A DNA stretch of 32,000 nucleotides from Ignicoccus hospitalis KIN4/I (GCF_000017945.1 NC_009776.1:510001-542000), one strand, 5' to 3'. Positions 1 through 9,559 are shown, counted from the first letter of the stretch. The notes: generated from the sequence alone by a model not told the origin. Made by a program: numbers and translations.

Positions 1-814
1 CTATCAAGATGCTTGAAGTGTCCAAGATGTACTCCGTTGAGGCCCCCTCACCCCCCACCTTGATGGGGAGGAGGCCGGAGAGGTAGAGCGAGCTGTCGAA
101 GCCCATCCAACTCCTCGAGCTTCTGCTCGCCTTGATGAACTCTTTCATGGCTCTCAAAGACGTGCTGAAGACCTTCTTGGTTTCCTCTTCCTCATTGCCG
201 CACAGCTTAAATTTGACGCTCATAATGTTGAAGCCGCCCATCATCGCGTCTACCTTTACCTCGATTTCTGGACACTTCCTATCAGTAGCCTCGTTTATCC
301 TCTTGGTCAGCTCGGCCACCCTTTTCCTTATAGGTCCCAAATGGTTCAGCTCGACCTTTATCTTGTCGGCATAATTAGTGAACTTCGTGTTGAAGTCACT
401 CGAAGGCAAAAAGTAGACCTTCTGGAAGGTTCGGGGCACGTAGGGGAAGTACAGACCTCTCCATAAAGAGAAGGGGAAGCTCACGTGTGCTATAGTATTG
501 AAGGCCTTCGAAGCGGCCGCGGCGAGGGAAGCGCCCCCGGGGGAGACCGCCACGACGTCCGCCTTGACCTCCTTCAACTTTTTAACTCTCTCCTCCAAAT
601 CTGAATCAGAGTCGCTGGGGACCTCCTTCATCTCGACTTTAAACCCCGCCTTCTCTAGGAACTCCTTGAAGGTCTTAGCGTTCATCCTAGCTCCTTCCGA
701 GCTAGTGTAAACTATTGTTACCTCCTCCGCGCCCAGCTCCTCCAAGACCCTAACCGAGGAAAAGGCGGCCTCGAGGTTGGGTCTCCCGGCTACGAGCAAA
801 ACCGCGACCTTCAT
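1..814 (-). CDS. Partial uncharacterised protein with Rossmann-like, possibly CARF-like, N-terminal domain; runs off the left edge
   Basis: Manual reverse-strand translation from ATG at 814-812 (ATGA overlap with the glyS stop): MKVAVLLVAGRPNLEAAFSSVRVLEELGAEEVTIVSTSSEGARMNAKTFKEFLEKAGFKVEMKEV...VKADVVAVSPGGASLAAAASKAFN...; open to position 2. Not in the ORF track because it is truncated. Confidence 0.75.
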   Translation of the reverse strand, partial: MKVAVLLVAGRPNLEAAFSSVRVLEELGAEEVTIVYTSSEGARMNAKTFKEFLEKAGFKVEMKEVPSDSDSDLEERVKKLKEVKADVVAVSPGGASLAAAASKAFNTIAHVSFPFSLWRGLYFPYVPRTFQKVYFLPSSDFNTKFTNYADKIKVELNHLGPIRKRVAELTKRINEATDRKCPEIEVKVDAMMGGFNIMSVKFKLCGNEEEETKKVFSTSLRAMKEFIKASRSSRSWMGFDSSLYLSGLLPIKVGGEGASTEYILDTSSILI

Positions 815-2553
815 TGGGGCCCGGCCGAGACGGGCTCCCCGAGCTCCTCTATAGGGAAGCCGTTCAAGAAGGCCCTCAGCTTCCCCGGGAGCTCCTCGAC
901 CCTTACGCGTACTTGCTTCCACGTGTCCCTGTCCCTCAGCGTTACGGTGTTGTCCTCAAGGGTCTGGAAGTCCACCGTTATGGCCGCCGGCACGCCCACC
1001 TCGTCGTACCTCGCGTACCTCCGCCCTATCGAACCCTTCTCGTCGTACTCCACGCGGAAGCCCGCGTCGGCCAAGAGCTTCCAGACCTCCTTGGCCTTCT
1101 CGACCAACGGCTTCTCTTCTAAGAGCGGCAGCACCACCGCTTCTATTGGAGCTAGCCTCCGGGGCAAGCTCAGCACTAGCCTCCCCTCCCTCTCCTTCAA
1201 GGCGTACTCTAAGGTGACGTACAACAACCTCTCCACGCCGAAGGAGGGCTCCACGACGTGGGGCACGAAGCGCTCTCCGGTCACCTTCTCCTCCGCCTCC
1301 TCTACCCACACCAAGCCCCTTTCCAACCTCTCGCCCGCCACCTCGACGTAGCCCTTCTCCTCCAAGCTCTTCTCCACCTCTTCGGGGTTCATCCTCTTCA
1401 GCTCCTCTATCACTTGCTTCGCCTTGGCCTTCAACCTTATACCTATTTCTTTTGCGTTCCACTTCACTACCTTTACCTTAACGACCTTAGGCTCCTTGTA
1501 CTTCCTGAAGGCGTACAGATCCTTGCCGCTGAACTTTATGTGCCTACTTAAGTCGTAGTCGCCCCGGTAGGCGTGGCCGCTGACCTCCATCCAGCCGTAG
1601 CGTTCAGTCTTCACCAACTGGTCGTACGTCTGGGAGGAGTAGTGGGCCCTCTCCTCCGGCCCTTTCTCCTCGAAGTACTGGTTCTCGTCGGGTACGCCCA
1701 ACTCGTTTAACAGCTCCTTGGCCTTCAACATCCAATAAGCCATCCACTTGTTTATTATCCATCCCTTCTCCAAGGCTTCTCTGACCGTCACCTCCACGGG
1801 CTCTTTCCTCCCCTCCTTAGCTAGCTCCCAAGGCAGGAGCCTCAGCTTGGCGTCGTAGTCCAACGGAGGTTCGCCGGGGTCCAAGGGGTCGATGAAGAAC
1901 TCTATCTCAGCTATTGTGAACTCCCTAAGCCTCAACAACCCTTGACGGGGAGATATCTCGTTCCTCCCTACTCTGCCTATCTGCGCTATCCCGAAGGGGA
2001 GCCTCTCCCTCATGTATTGGTATACGCGCTTGAAGTTGACGAAGGCGCCTTGGGCGGTCTCCGGCCTTATGAAGCCCTTGTCGCCTTCGTAAGGGCCTAT
2101 CTGGGTCTGGAAGAGCAGCAAGAACGGGCGGACCTCCCCCAACTCGCCGCCGCACACCGGACACCTTATGTTATTCTCTCTAATGAGTTTGGTTAAGTCC
2201 TCGGGGCTGAGGCCTTCTACCTTTATCCCCAGCTTTTCCTCTATCAAGTGGTCGGCGCGGAACTTCCTCCCGCACGACTTACACTCCACCACCGGGTCGG
2301 TGAAGTTCTCGACGTGCCCGGACGCCTCCAACACCTTGTAGGGCGTGATTATTGGGGTCTCCATTTCTACTACCATCCTTTGAAGGGGCCTTACCAGCTT
2401 CTCCTTCCACAACTCAACAATCTTGTTCTTCAGTTCCTTGCCCAAAGGACCCAGGTCGTAGAAGCCGGCCACGCCGCCGTAGATCTCCCAAGAGGGCCAG
2501 TAGAAGCCCCTCCTCTGGGCTAGGTCGGCCACCTTCGAGGCCTTGTCTTGCAA
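811..2553 (-). CDS. glyS: Glycine--tRNA ligase, archaeal/eukaryotic type
   Basis: 580 aa; RRGFYWPSWEIYGGVAGFYDLGPLG, FRPETAQGAFVNFKR, QIGRVGRNEISPRQGLLRLREFTIAEIEFF, EPSFGVERLLY motifs of class II GlyRS. Confidence 0.96.
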   Translation of the reverse strand: MQDKASKVADLAQRRGFYWPSWEIYGGVAGFYDLGPLGKELKNKIVELWKEKLVRPLQRMVVEMETPIITPYKVLEASGHVENFTDPVVECKSCGRKFRADHLIEEKLGIKVEGLSPEDLTKLIRENNIRCPVCGGELGEVRPFLLLFQTQIGPYEGDKGFIRPETAQGAFVNFKRVYQYMRERLPFGIAQIGRVGRNEISPRQGLLRLREFTIAEIEFFIDPLDPGEPPLDYDAKLRLLPWELAKEGRKEPVEVTVREALEKGWIINKWMAYWMLKAKELLNELGVPDENQYFEEKGPEERAHYSSQTYDQLVKTERYGWMEVSGHAYRGDYDLSRHIKFSGKDLYAFRKYKEPKVVKVKVVKWNAKEIGIRLKAKAKQVIEELKRMNPEEVEKSLEEKGYVEVAGERLERGLVWVEEAEEKVTGERFVPHVVEPSFGVERLLYVTLEYALKEREGRLVLSLPRRLAPIEAVVLPLLEEKPLVEKAKEVWKLLADAGFRVEYDEKGSIGRRYARYDEVGVPAAITVDFQTLEDNTVTLRDRDTWKQVRVRVEELPGKLRAFLNGFPIEELGEPVSAGPQ

Positions 2554-2611
2554 TTCCGCGTCCCCGAAGGGGGTTTAAGCGGAGCATATATTCACCTCGG
2601 GGACCGGACGA

Positions 2612-2800
2612 GTGAAGAAGCGTTACTACGGCCCTTTGTTGAGCGTTGCGCTGAAGCTCGCCCCGTTCTTGGCTCTGACGGCCTTGTTGGCGCTTCCGTT
2701 CGTATTTAAGGAAACGTTCTTCATGCTACTAGGGGTAGCCTTCTTCATATACCTAATCGTCAACCTAGCTTACGTCGCCTACTTAGAACGCTCTCTATGA
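2612..2800 (+). CDS. Small two-helix membrane protein
   Basis: 62 aa, GTG start, two hydrophobic segments (LLSVALKLAPFLALTALLALPFVF; FFMLLGVAFFIYLIVNLAYVAYL). TATA-like gcatatattc lies about 25 nt upstream. Confidence 0.6.
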   Translation: MKKRYYGPLLSVALKLAPFLALTALLALPFVFKETFFMLLGVAFFIYLIVNLAYVAYLERSL

Positions 2801-4052
2801 TTTCCTCTATCGCCTCCTCGCTCCGGGTCCTCTCCCTCAGCTCGCACTCGCACTCCCCCGGACCCGCTTTCACCAACTTGAGGGCGACCTCTAGGAGCTC
2901 CTCGAAGTTGTTCACAACTATCGCGCAGTCACACTTCTTAGTCAAGGCCTCGAGTGTTTTCAAGTATTCTTCGTTATTCCAAATTATGATGGGCTTATTA
3001 AACAAAACGTAGTCAGCTAACTTAGCAGGGGCGCCGTAGAACTTATAAGCTCTGAAGGGGTCGTAGAGGGCTAAGAAGGCGTCGCACTCTCGCGCGTACG
3101 CTTTGTAAAGCTCCTCCTTAACGGTTATGTAGTCGAATTCTACGTTGCTAAAGGCGCCTACCAAGTTCTTGAAGAACCGATATAGGTTTATTGGAGCCCC
3201 GAATATCTTGAACTTTATTTTGTCATGCATATCAAAGGCCTCGTTCATAGCATATATCAACTTCGCCAGCTCCTTCCAGCCTTGATGGGGGTAGAAGCTG
3301 CCGGAAGTACAAAACGTGAAGGGCCCTCCCTCCTTGGAGCTGGGGTACTTTGTCTTGGAGTACAAAGGCGGGTACAAGGCTATCATCTTACCCTTACACA
3401 ACTTCTTTAGAGGCCAAGGCACCTCTTCGAGTATGACCTCGGCCCCTCCTTCAGATATGGTAAACACGAAGTCGTGAAGCAAACAAGACAAGATCCTCGT
3501 GAGCCACACTTGGGAGGCTTGTGCAGCTATAGCCTTAATTTTTGAGGGAAAGGCGTCCACGCCCAGCTCTATCAAGCCCCACAAGTTTTCGTTGAAGTTT
3601 TCGTCAACCAAAATCGCGTCTCGAGGAGAAGAGAGGCGGAGGGCCAGCCAATAGGCCAATGAGAGGGAGGTGGTCGCTGGGGGTCTACTAATTATTAAGC
3701 TACTTAATTTTAACGCCTCCCTAAGCCGTCTAACTCCATCCCTTGACAGTACTAGGGGAGGAAAATAGCTAAAGAGTCCTCTGGTCAACCTTTGGATGGT
3801 TGCGTTTAAGTTTTTAAGATTATAGTAGAGCGGGTTGTACATATCTGCTTCGATTACCTTTATGTTCAATGAGCTGTCGAATTTGGGCTTCTCTACGAAC
3901 ACTCTTCCCGCAAAGACCAAGTCCACCTCGTAGTCTACACCCTTCTCCTTCAAAACTTGAGCTATTGAGGTTGCTAAGTTAACTACATGAGAATAAGAAC
4001 CGCCCGCTACCCGGACCTCCGGGTGGCCGTAAACCACGCTGACTTTTACCAA
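2760..4052 (-). CDS. Glycosyltransferase, GT-B/GT4-like
   Basis: ORF 2760..4097; likely start TTG at 4052 (LVKVSVVYGHPEVRVAGGSYSHVVNLATSIAQVL), overlapping the asnB stop. C-terminal half has FTFCTSGSFYPHQGWKELAKLI, KLADYVLFNKPIII. Confidence 0.75.
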   Translation of the reverse strand: MVKVSVVYGHPEVRVAGGSYSHVVNLATSIAQVLKEKGVDYEVDLVFAGRVFVEKPKFDSSLNIKVIEADMYNPLYYNLKNLNATIQRLTRGLFSYFPPLVLSRDGVRRLREALKLSSLIISRPPATTSLSLAYWLALRLSSPRDAILVDENFNENLWGLIELGVDAFPSKIKAIAAQASQVWLTRILSCLLHDFVFTISEGGAEVILEEVPWPLKKLCKGKMIALYPPLYSKTKYPSSKEGGPFTFCTSGSFYPHQGWKELAKLIYAMNEAFDMHDKIKFKIFGAPINLYRFFKNLVGAFSNVEFDYITVKEELYKAYARECDAFLALYDPFRAYKFYGAPAKLADYVLFNKPIIIWNNEEYLKTLEALTKKCDCAIVVNNFEELLEVALKLVKAGPGECECELRERTRSEEAIEEIIESVLSRRRKLG

Positions 4053-5878
4053 GTAGCGATCACCTCCTCCCAAACGCTGTAGGAGAACACTTGCCACGCT
4101 ACGAATGACAACCTCTTCGTATCGTACCTCTCAAATATGTTCGGGTCTATGACCTTTTTTAATATCTCGCTGCTCTTGAGCCTTGAGGGTGCCTCCTCCT
4201 CGGCTATCCTCATTAGGACGTCCTTAGCTTGCTGTCCGAAGCCGACCTTCCTAGATGTGACCTTTCTCCAAGTCTCCTCACTCAAGTATTTCTTTAATAT
4301 CAACTTCCCAATGAGCTTTGGCTCTTTCATCATTATGTATCTCTTCCAAGCTGGGTCTAAGCTCATAGCTTTTTCTATTAACTTGTAGTCCAATAGCGGC
4401 GCCCTGGCTTCCACGCTCGCAGCCATAGAGTAGAAGTCTACCTTCAAGTTCAAGTGGTTGGGTATCCTCTGGTTGTACTCGTACGAGAGGAGCCTCTCGG
4501 CGAGGTTCCTAGGGGCGGAGAGGGACTCCAGAACCCGGTAGCTTAACACTAAGAGGTCGCAGAGCTCCGGGGGGAAGGCCTCGCAGCACTGGGACCTCAA
4601 GGAGAGCCCCCTGGCGGTCACGAGCTTGTGTAGGGTGGCGTAACACAAGGCCTTGTTGTAGTAACTTCTAACTTCCTTCACGACCCAGAAGGGGAGCTCG
4701 AGCAAGGGGAGGGAGGAGAGGGTTAAGGTGAGCTCGTATATTTGTTTATACACGGGGTAGCCGAAGAAGAGCTCGTCCCCTCCCTCCCCGACGATGATTA
4801 CCTTGTAGCCCCTTTCCCTCGCCGCCTTAGCCATCCCGTACCCCATCACCAAGCTGGGGTCAGTTATGGGCAGCCCGACCTTTTTGGTCAGCTCGTAAGT
4901 GAGCTTTATGTAATCCTCAAAGTCGAATTCGACCACTGCGTGGTCGAGGTTTAGCTCCTCAGCAACTTTAGAGGCCAACTCCACTTCGTCGAACTCCCCG
5001 GCGCCCTTAACAGTCACGGTGAAGGTGCTAACGTCGTTCCTGTTGAGTTCCTTCGTTATTATTGAGGCTAGCAACGTAGAGTCCACGCCGGAGCTCAAGG
5101 CCAAGGAGACCGGCACGTCCGCTATTAACCTATACTCCACCGCCCTTATCAGCTCTCGATGGAGCTCCTTCACGTAGCTCGTTATATCACTCACCCTTTT
5201 ATCGAACTTCAAGGTGTAGTACTTCTTCTTTTCTATAACCTTCCCGTCTTTTATTATCATATATTCTCCGTTCCTAAGCAACTTGACGTTTTCGAAGAAG
5301 TGCTGTTCCGGGAGGGGGGAGAAGTGCGCGAAGAGGTAGAAGGCTCCCAAGGGGTTCTTGCTCAAGTTCTTCACGAACGCCTTAATCGCTGAAGGCTCTG
5401 AGGCGAGAACGACGAAGTCCTCACCTTGGTAATAGAATAAAGGCTTCTTGCCCACGTGGTCCCTGGCAACGAATATTGTGCCCTTCCTTTCGTCGTATAT
5501 CGCGAACGCGAACATCCCCCTTAAGGAGTGAACCACGTCCACTCCCATCTCCTCGTACGCGTGCAACAAGACCTCGGTGTCCGTGTTGGACAAGAACTCG
5601 TGTTCGTCCTTCAAGTTCTGGCGGATTTCTTTATAATTGTATATCTCACCGTTCAACACTACTCCCACGGAACCGTCCTCGTTGAACATGGGTTGGAGGC
5701 CCTCGTCCTTAGGGTCTATTATGGCTAGCCTGACGTTGCCCAGCGCGGTCTTGCGGTCCTCAGATATCCAATACCCCCTCCCGTCCGGCCCCCTGTGTTC
5801 TATTGCGTCCAGAGCAGAGACGAGTCGGCGCTCCTCCACGCACGGCCTAGCGCAGCTCACCGCTACGATCCCGCACAA
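4046..5878 (-). CDS. asnB: Asparagine synthase (glutamine-hydrolysing)
   Basis: 610 aa; N-terminal MCGIVAVS nucleophile Cys, HRGPDGRGYW, NGEIYN, SSGVDSTLLA PP-loop, EGGDELFFGYP. Confidence 0.95.
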   Translation of the reverse strand: MCGIVAVSCARPCVEERRLVSALDAIEHRGPDGRGYWISEDRKTALGNVRLAIIDPKDEGLQPMFNEDGSVGVVLNGEIYNYKEIRQNLKDEHEFLSNTDTEVLLHAYEEMGVDVVHSLRGMFAFAIYDERKGTIFVARDHVGKKPLFYYQGEDFVVLASEPSAIKAFVKNLSKNPLGAFYLFAHFSPLPEQHFFENVKLLRNGEYMIIKDGKVIEKKKYYTLKFDKRVSDITSYVKELHRELIRAVEYRLIADVPVSLALSSGVDSTLLASIITKELNRNDVSTFTVTVKGAGEFDEVELASKVAEELNLDHAVVEFDFEDYIKLTYELTKKVGLPITDPSLVMGYGMAKAARERGYKVIIVGEGGDELFFGYPVYKQIYELTLTLSSLPLLELPFWVVKEVRSYYNKALCYATLHKLVTARGLSLRSQCCEAFPPELCDLLVLSYRVLESLSAPRNLAERLLSYEYNQRIPNHLNLKVDFYSMAASVEARAPLLDYKLIEKAMSLDPAWKRYIMMKEPKLIGKLILKKYLSEETWRKVTSRKVGFGQQAKDVLMRIAEEEAPSRLKSSEILKKVIDPNIFERYDTKRLSFVAWQVFSYSVWEEVIATW

Positions 5879-5937
5879 GCCCCTTCACCTTTCGCCGGCA
5901 CGCTCCGGCTAAGGGCCCGCGACGCGCGACTTTTGAC

Positions 5938-7407
5938 CTAAAAGCCGTACTCGCGCCACCTCCTCTCCACCAATTCCGAGACCTTGGGGTCAGGCGCGCT
6001 CCGCTCCGGCCACTCGTAGCCGCACTCTTCCTTGAACTTCCTCGTCGCGTCTATTATCATCTTGCTCCCAGCTGGAGGGCTGGGCGAGGTGTGGTCCAGC
6101 ACGTCTGTCACGTCGTTTCTAATGATCTCTACGTCCCTCTCGGGGTCTACGGTGGAAGCTATCGCGTAAGCCACCTCGCCCCAGTCGTGCACGTTCACGT
6201 CTTGGTCTACCACTATCACGATTTTCGTGAAGCTCATTTGGCCTAGGCCCAACAAGGCGTGAGCTACCTTCCGCGCGTGGCCGGGGTACTTCTTCCTTAT
6301 GGACACTATGGCGATCCCGTGGAACAGCCCTTCGGGGGGCAAATTCATATCGATTACCTCGGGGACGAGCCACTTGATCAAAGGCAAGAATATCCTTTCC
6401 GTCGCCTTGCCTATGTAAGCGTCCTCCATAGGTGGCCTCCCCACAACCGTCCCGTAGTAAATTGGGTCCGTCCTCACGAAGAACTTCTCTGCGTGGAAGA
6501 CGGGGTACAAGTCCCTAGGGGTGTAATAGCCGGTGTGGTCGCCGAAGGGGCCCTCCCAAGCGAGCTCGCCTACCTTCACGTAACCAGTAATCACAGCCTC
6601 CGCGTAGGCTGGGACCAAGAGGTCGCCTACCTCTACCACCTTGACCGGCGAGCCCCTCAAGACCCCGGCGAAGGCGTACTTGTCTATCCCCTCCGGGACG
6701 GGAAGGGCTCCGGTAAGCAAAGTGGCGGGGTCCCCGCCTATCACAATGGCCACTGGCATCTTCTCGAAGCCTAGCTCTTTGTATTTAGCGTAGTGAGAAG
6801 CCCCCCTCTTATGCACTTGCCAATGTATGACGGCCCTCTTGGGAGAGTATATCATTATCCGGTAGATGCCGAAGTTGTAAGTACCGCTCTCCGGGTCCTT
6901 CGTAACGGTCAAAGCGTAAGTCAAGTACCTCGAAGCGTCCTTAGGCCACGTCTTAAAGGCCGGCAACGAGAGGAAGTCCGGCTCCTTTTCGTTCTCTAAA
7001 ACGGGGCCCTTGCGAACTTTCTTGGGTAGGTACTTTCCCATGTTTATGAACTCCATTAAGGTCTTGACCTTTTCACCGAAGCTGCGCGCTCCGGAAGCTT
7101 TGAAGGGTGCGAGGAACCTCTCCCCGAGCTCCTCGAGCTCCTCAGTTCCCAAGGCCAGCTTTATCAAATTCGTGGAACCGAACAAGTTACCGGCCACCTT
7201 CCAGTCGGGGTAGCCCTTGAGCTTCTCGAAGAGGACCGCCTTGTCGAACCTCCTCCACATGAGCCTCCTGAGAACCTCGGGGACCTCCTCGACGGGGTCT
7301 ACCTCGACGTTGACCTTGTGCAGTAGACCTTTCTCATCGAGTAAGTTTAAGTAATCCCTCAAGTCCTCGAGCAAGCTAGCCCCGGTCGCCCCAGCAAGCA
7401 AAACCAA
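5938..7407 (-). CDS. UbiD-family decarboxylase
   Basis: 489 aa; N-terminal LRDYLNLLDEKGLLHKV, GNLFGS, GPFGDHTGYYTP and DV.HDWGEVAYAIAS motifs typical of UbiD/3-octaprenyl-4-hydroxybenzoate carboxy-lyase family. Confidence 0.92.
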   Translation of the reverse strand: MVLLAGATGASLLEDLRDYLNLLDEKGLLHKVNVEVDPVEEVPEVLRRLMWRRFDKAVLFEKLKGYPDWKVAGNLFGSTNLIKLALGTEELEELGERFLAPFKASGARSFGEKVKTLMEFINMGKYLPKKVRKGPVLENEKEPDFLSLPAFKTWPKDASRYLTYALTVTKDPESGTYNFGIYRIMIYSPKRAVIHWQVHKRGASHYAKYKELGFEKMPVAIVIGGDPATLLTGALPVPEGIDKYAFAGVLRGSPVKVVEVGDLLVPAYAEAVITGYVKVGELAWEGPFGDHTGYYTPRDLYPVFHAEKFFVRTDPIYYGTVVGRPPMEDAYIGKATERIFLPLIKWLVPEVIDMNLPPEGLFHGIAIVSIRKKYPGHARKVAHALLGLGQMSFTKIVIVVDQDVNVHDWGEVAYAIASTVDPERDVEIIRNDVTDVLDHTSPSPPAGSKMIIDATRKFKEECGYEWPERSAPDPKVSELVERRWREYGF

Positions 7408-7447
7408 TTAACGCTCCACCAGAAGGCGGGCCGAGGGTCTTAGAGCG

Positions 7448-7702
7448 ATGTGCCTAGGCATACCCGCGACCGTGAAAGAGGTGTACGAGGACGGCACCGC
7501 GGCGGTGGACGTCTTCGGCAACGAGGCGATAGTGGACTTGACCTTAGTGCCGGACGTCAAGCCCGGAGACAAGGTGATAGTCCACGCGGGCGCGGCGATA
7601 GCTAAGGTGGACGAGGAGCGGTGGCGGGAGGCCTACGAGCTCTGGAAGCAAGTCCTCGAGACGCTGGACAAGTTATACGAAGAGCAAGCCCAGAGTCAAT
7701 AA
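7448..7702 (+). CDS. hypC: Hydrogenase assembly chaperone HypC/HupF
   Basis: 84 aa; MCLGIPATVKEV...VDVFGNEAIVDLTLVPDVKPGDKVIVHAGAAIAKVDEE, N-terminal MCLG(I/V)P signature. Confidence 0.94.
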   Translation: MCLGIPATVKEVYEDGTAAVDVFGNEAIVDLTLVPDVKPGDKVIVHAGAAIAKVDEERWREAYELWKQVLETLDKLYEEQAQSQ

Positions 7703-7717
7703 GTCGTCGAAGCCCAT

Positions 7718-9064
7718 GTGGACGGAGCGTTCGGTATGAGAGAGCTCGGGCTCGCCGAGGCCGTCGCCCTGGGCGTCGGGATAATAATAGGTGCTAGCAT
7801 ATTTTCGTTGGCCGGAGTTGGGGTCAAGCTAGCGGGCCCGAACTTACCCGAGGCCTTCGCCCTCTCAGCAGCGTACGCGTTCTTGATAGCCTACTCCTAC
7901 GCTAAGCTCAGTAGGAAGTTCATCTCCAACGCCGGGCCCGTGGAGTACGTCGTCCGGGCATTCGGAGATAACTTGCTCGTGGGAACTTTAGCCTTGATAT
8001 ACTGGTTGAACTTCGTATTTTCTATATCTTTGTTCACATACACTATAGCCGGTTACGCGCTGGGCGCCCTAGGCCTTGCAGATGACGCCTTCTTGTTTTC
8101 AATATCCCAAGCCTTAATTATTTCCATATTTGTGGCCTTAAACTTTAAGGGATCAAAGGCAGTAGCCGACACCGAGCTGATTTTAGTAATATTTAAGTTG
8201 GCTGTGCTACTGACCTTAATAGTGCTAGGTCTGAGGGTAATCAACCCTGAACTCTTGAAGCCCGACGCCAGCCCGCAAGGCATATTAAACGCCTTAACCG
8301 CTTCCAGCTTATTCTTGCTCAGCTACGCCGGCTTCGGAGTGATAACGAACGCTTCAGAAAACATAAGGGACCCCGAGAAGAACGTCCCCCGAGCTATATA
8401 CCTAAGCTTGGCCTTGTCAGCTGTTGTCTACCTCGGCGTCTCGATAGTGACCGTGGGCACGACCGAGCGCGCTAAGGTGCTCGAGGCGGAGGAATACGCG
8501 CTGGCAGTAGTAGCGAAGAGCGCTATTGGCTCCTGGGGGCCGGCGTTATTGACGCTAGGGGCAATAGTTTCGGCGTCGACCGCGCTGAACTCGGCCTTGT
8601 ACGGAGGCGCCAACGTGGCCTACTCGCTAGCTAAGAAAGGGGAGCTGCCGGAGTCCTTCGACCGGAGGGTGTGGTTCGGCGAGCCGGAGGGCCTTTATGT
8701 CACTGCCGCGCTGGCGCTGGCCTTCTCACTATCTCTGAACCTCGAAGGGGTGGCCGAAGTAACTACCATATCATTAATACTCACGTACATTTCTGTTGTC
8801 CTCTCGCATTGGAAGCTGAGGAGGGTCGTGGGAGGCAACGCCGCCGTCGTGTTAACGGCGTTGGTCGTGCTAGTCTTTAACGCTATAATCATATTGAGTC
8901 ACGAGTTCCTCACCAACCCGCTGGCCTTCCAAGCCTCAGTCGGGACCGCTGTGGGAGCGTTGATCTTCGAAGCGTTCTACCGCTCTTGGAGGAAGAGGGC
9001 GATTAAGGCGAGAACCTTACAAGGCGCTGAGGGCCTTAAGCGACAGCCAGTAGAGACAAGCTAA
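7718..9064 (+). CDS. APC-family amino acid permease
   Basis: 448 aa polytopic; LGLAEAVALGVGIIIGASIFSLAGV, GFGVITNASENIRDPEKNVPRAI consensus. Confidence 0.88.
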   Translation: MDGAFGMRELGLAEAVALGVGIIIGASIFSLAGVGVKLAGPNLPEAFALSAAYAFLIAYSYAKLSRKFISNAGPVEYVVRAFGDNLLVGTLALIYWLNFVFSISLFTYTIAGYALGALGLADDAFLFSISQALIISIFVALNFKGSKAVADTELILVIFKLAVLLTLIVLGLRVINPELLKPDASPQGILNALTASSLFLLSYAGFGVITNASENIRDPEKNVPRAIYLSLALSAVVYLGVSIVTVGTTERAKVLEAEEYALAVVAKSAIGSWGPALLTLGAIVSASTALNSALYGGANVAYSLAKKGELPESFDRRVWFGEPEGLYVTAALALAFSLSLNLEGVAEVTTISLILTYISVVLSHWKLRRVVGGNAAVVLTALVVLVFNAIIILSHEFLTNPLAFQASVGTAVGALIFEAFYRSWRKRAIKARTLQGAEGLKRQPVETS

Positions 9065-9274
9065 CCTCCTAACGCTCCCCCGTACTTCGACCTTCGGTAA
9101 CCCTAAGTCGGGACAAGCGGCGTCTTGATACATCACTTCCCAGAACCTCTTGTCCTCTTTGAGCTCCCGGGGGTCGTTAACCACGAATGCGTGTTCCACC
9201 AAGCCCGCCTTGACGGAGAGGACCACCAGGGGGTCTCGGCCGCAGCAGACCGCTACGCTACTTCCCCTCTTCAA
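9017..9274 (-). CDS. Conserved-looking small hypothetical protein downstream of Rpo11
   Basis: 85 aa, TTG start overlapping the rpo11 3' end; MKRGSSVAVCCGRDPLVVLSVKAGLVEHAFVVNDPRELKEDKRFWEVMYQDAACPDLG. Confidence 0.5.
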   Translation of the reverse strand: MKRGSSVAVCCGRDPLVVLSVKAGLVEHAFVVNDPRELKEDKRFWEVMYQDAACPDLGLPKVEVRGSVRRLACLYWLSLKALSAL

Positions 9275-9559
9275 GTTCCCTCACGAACTGATTTAGGTAG
9301 TTTATCGCTTCGTCTATGGTTTCCAGTAAGACCTCGTAGGGATCCACGGAGCCGTCGGTCCTTATGGTTATCCACAACACTTGCCTTAGGGGGTGCTCTA
9401 CCATGTAGAGCGCCGTAACTCCCTTCTTCCTAGAAGCTAACTTGGTTATTAGGTTCCCTAGGGTGTGGCTCTCGTTTGGTATCCTTATTCGCACCTCTTT
9501 GTCGTTCCTAACTACGACCTCGGGCTCGGCTATCACTTGAGCCACGGCCCTCACCACTC
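9258..9559 (-). CDS. rpoL: DNA-directed RNA polymerase subunit L (Rpo11)
   Basis: ORF 9258..9602; likely GTG start at 9559 or 9556, overlapping the upstream stop. IRIPNESHTLGNLITKLA, VTALYMVEHPL, DEAINYLNQFVRELEE. Confidence 0.92.

Noticed and set aside
132-374. 80-aa plus-strand ORF MMNSFMALKDVLKTFLVSSSS...
   Set aside because: Antisense to the long open minus-strand gene at 1..814, which has ATGA coupling to glyS and better protein-like features.
956-1462. 168-aa minus-strand ORF rich in Glu/Gly/Arg
   Set aside because: Alternative frame inside glyS with simple-repeat-like composition.
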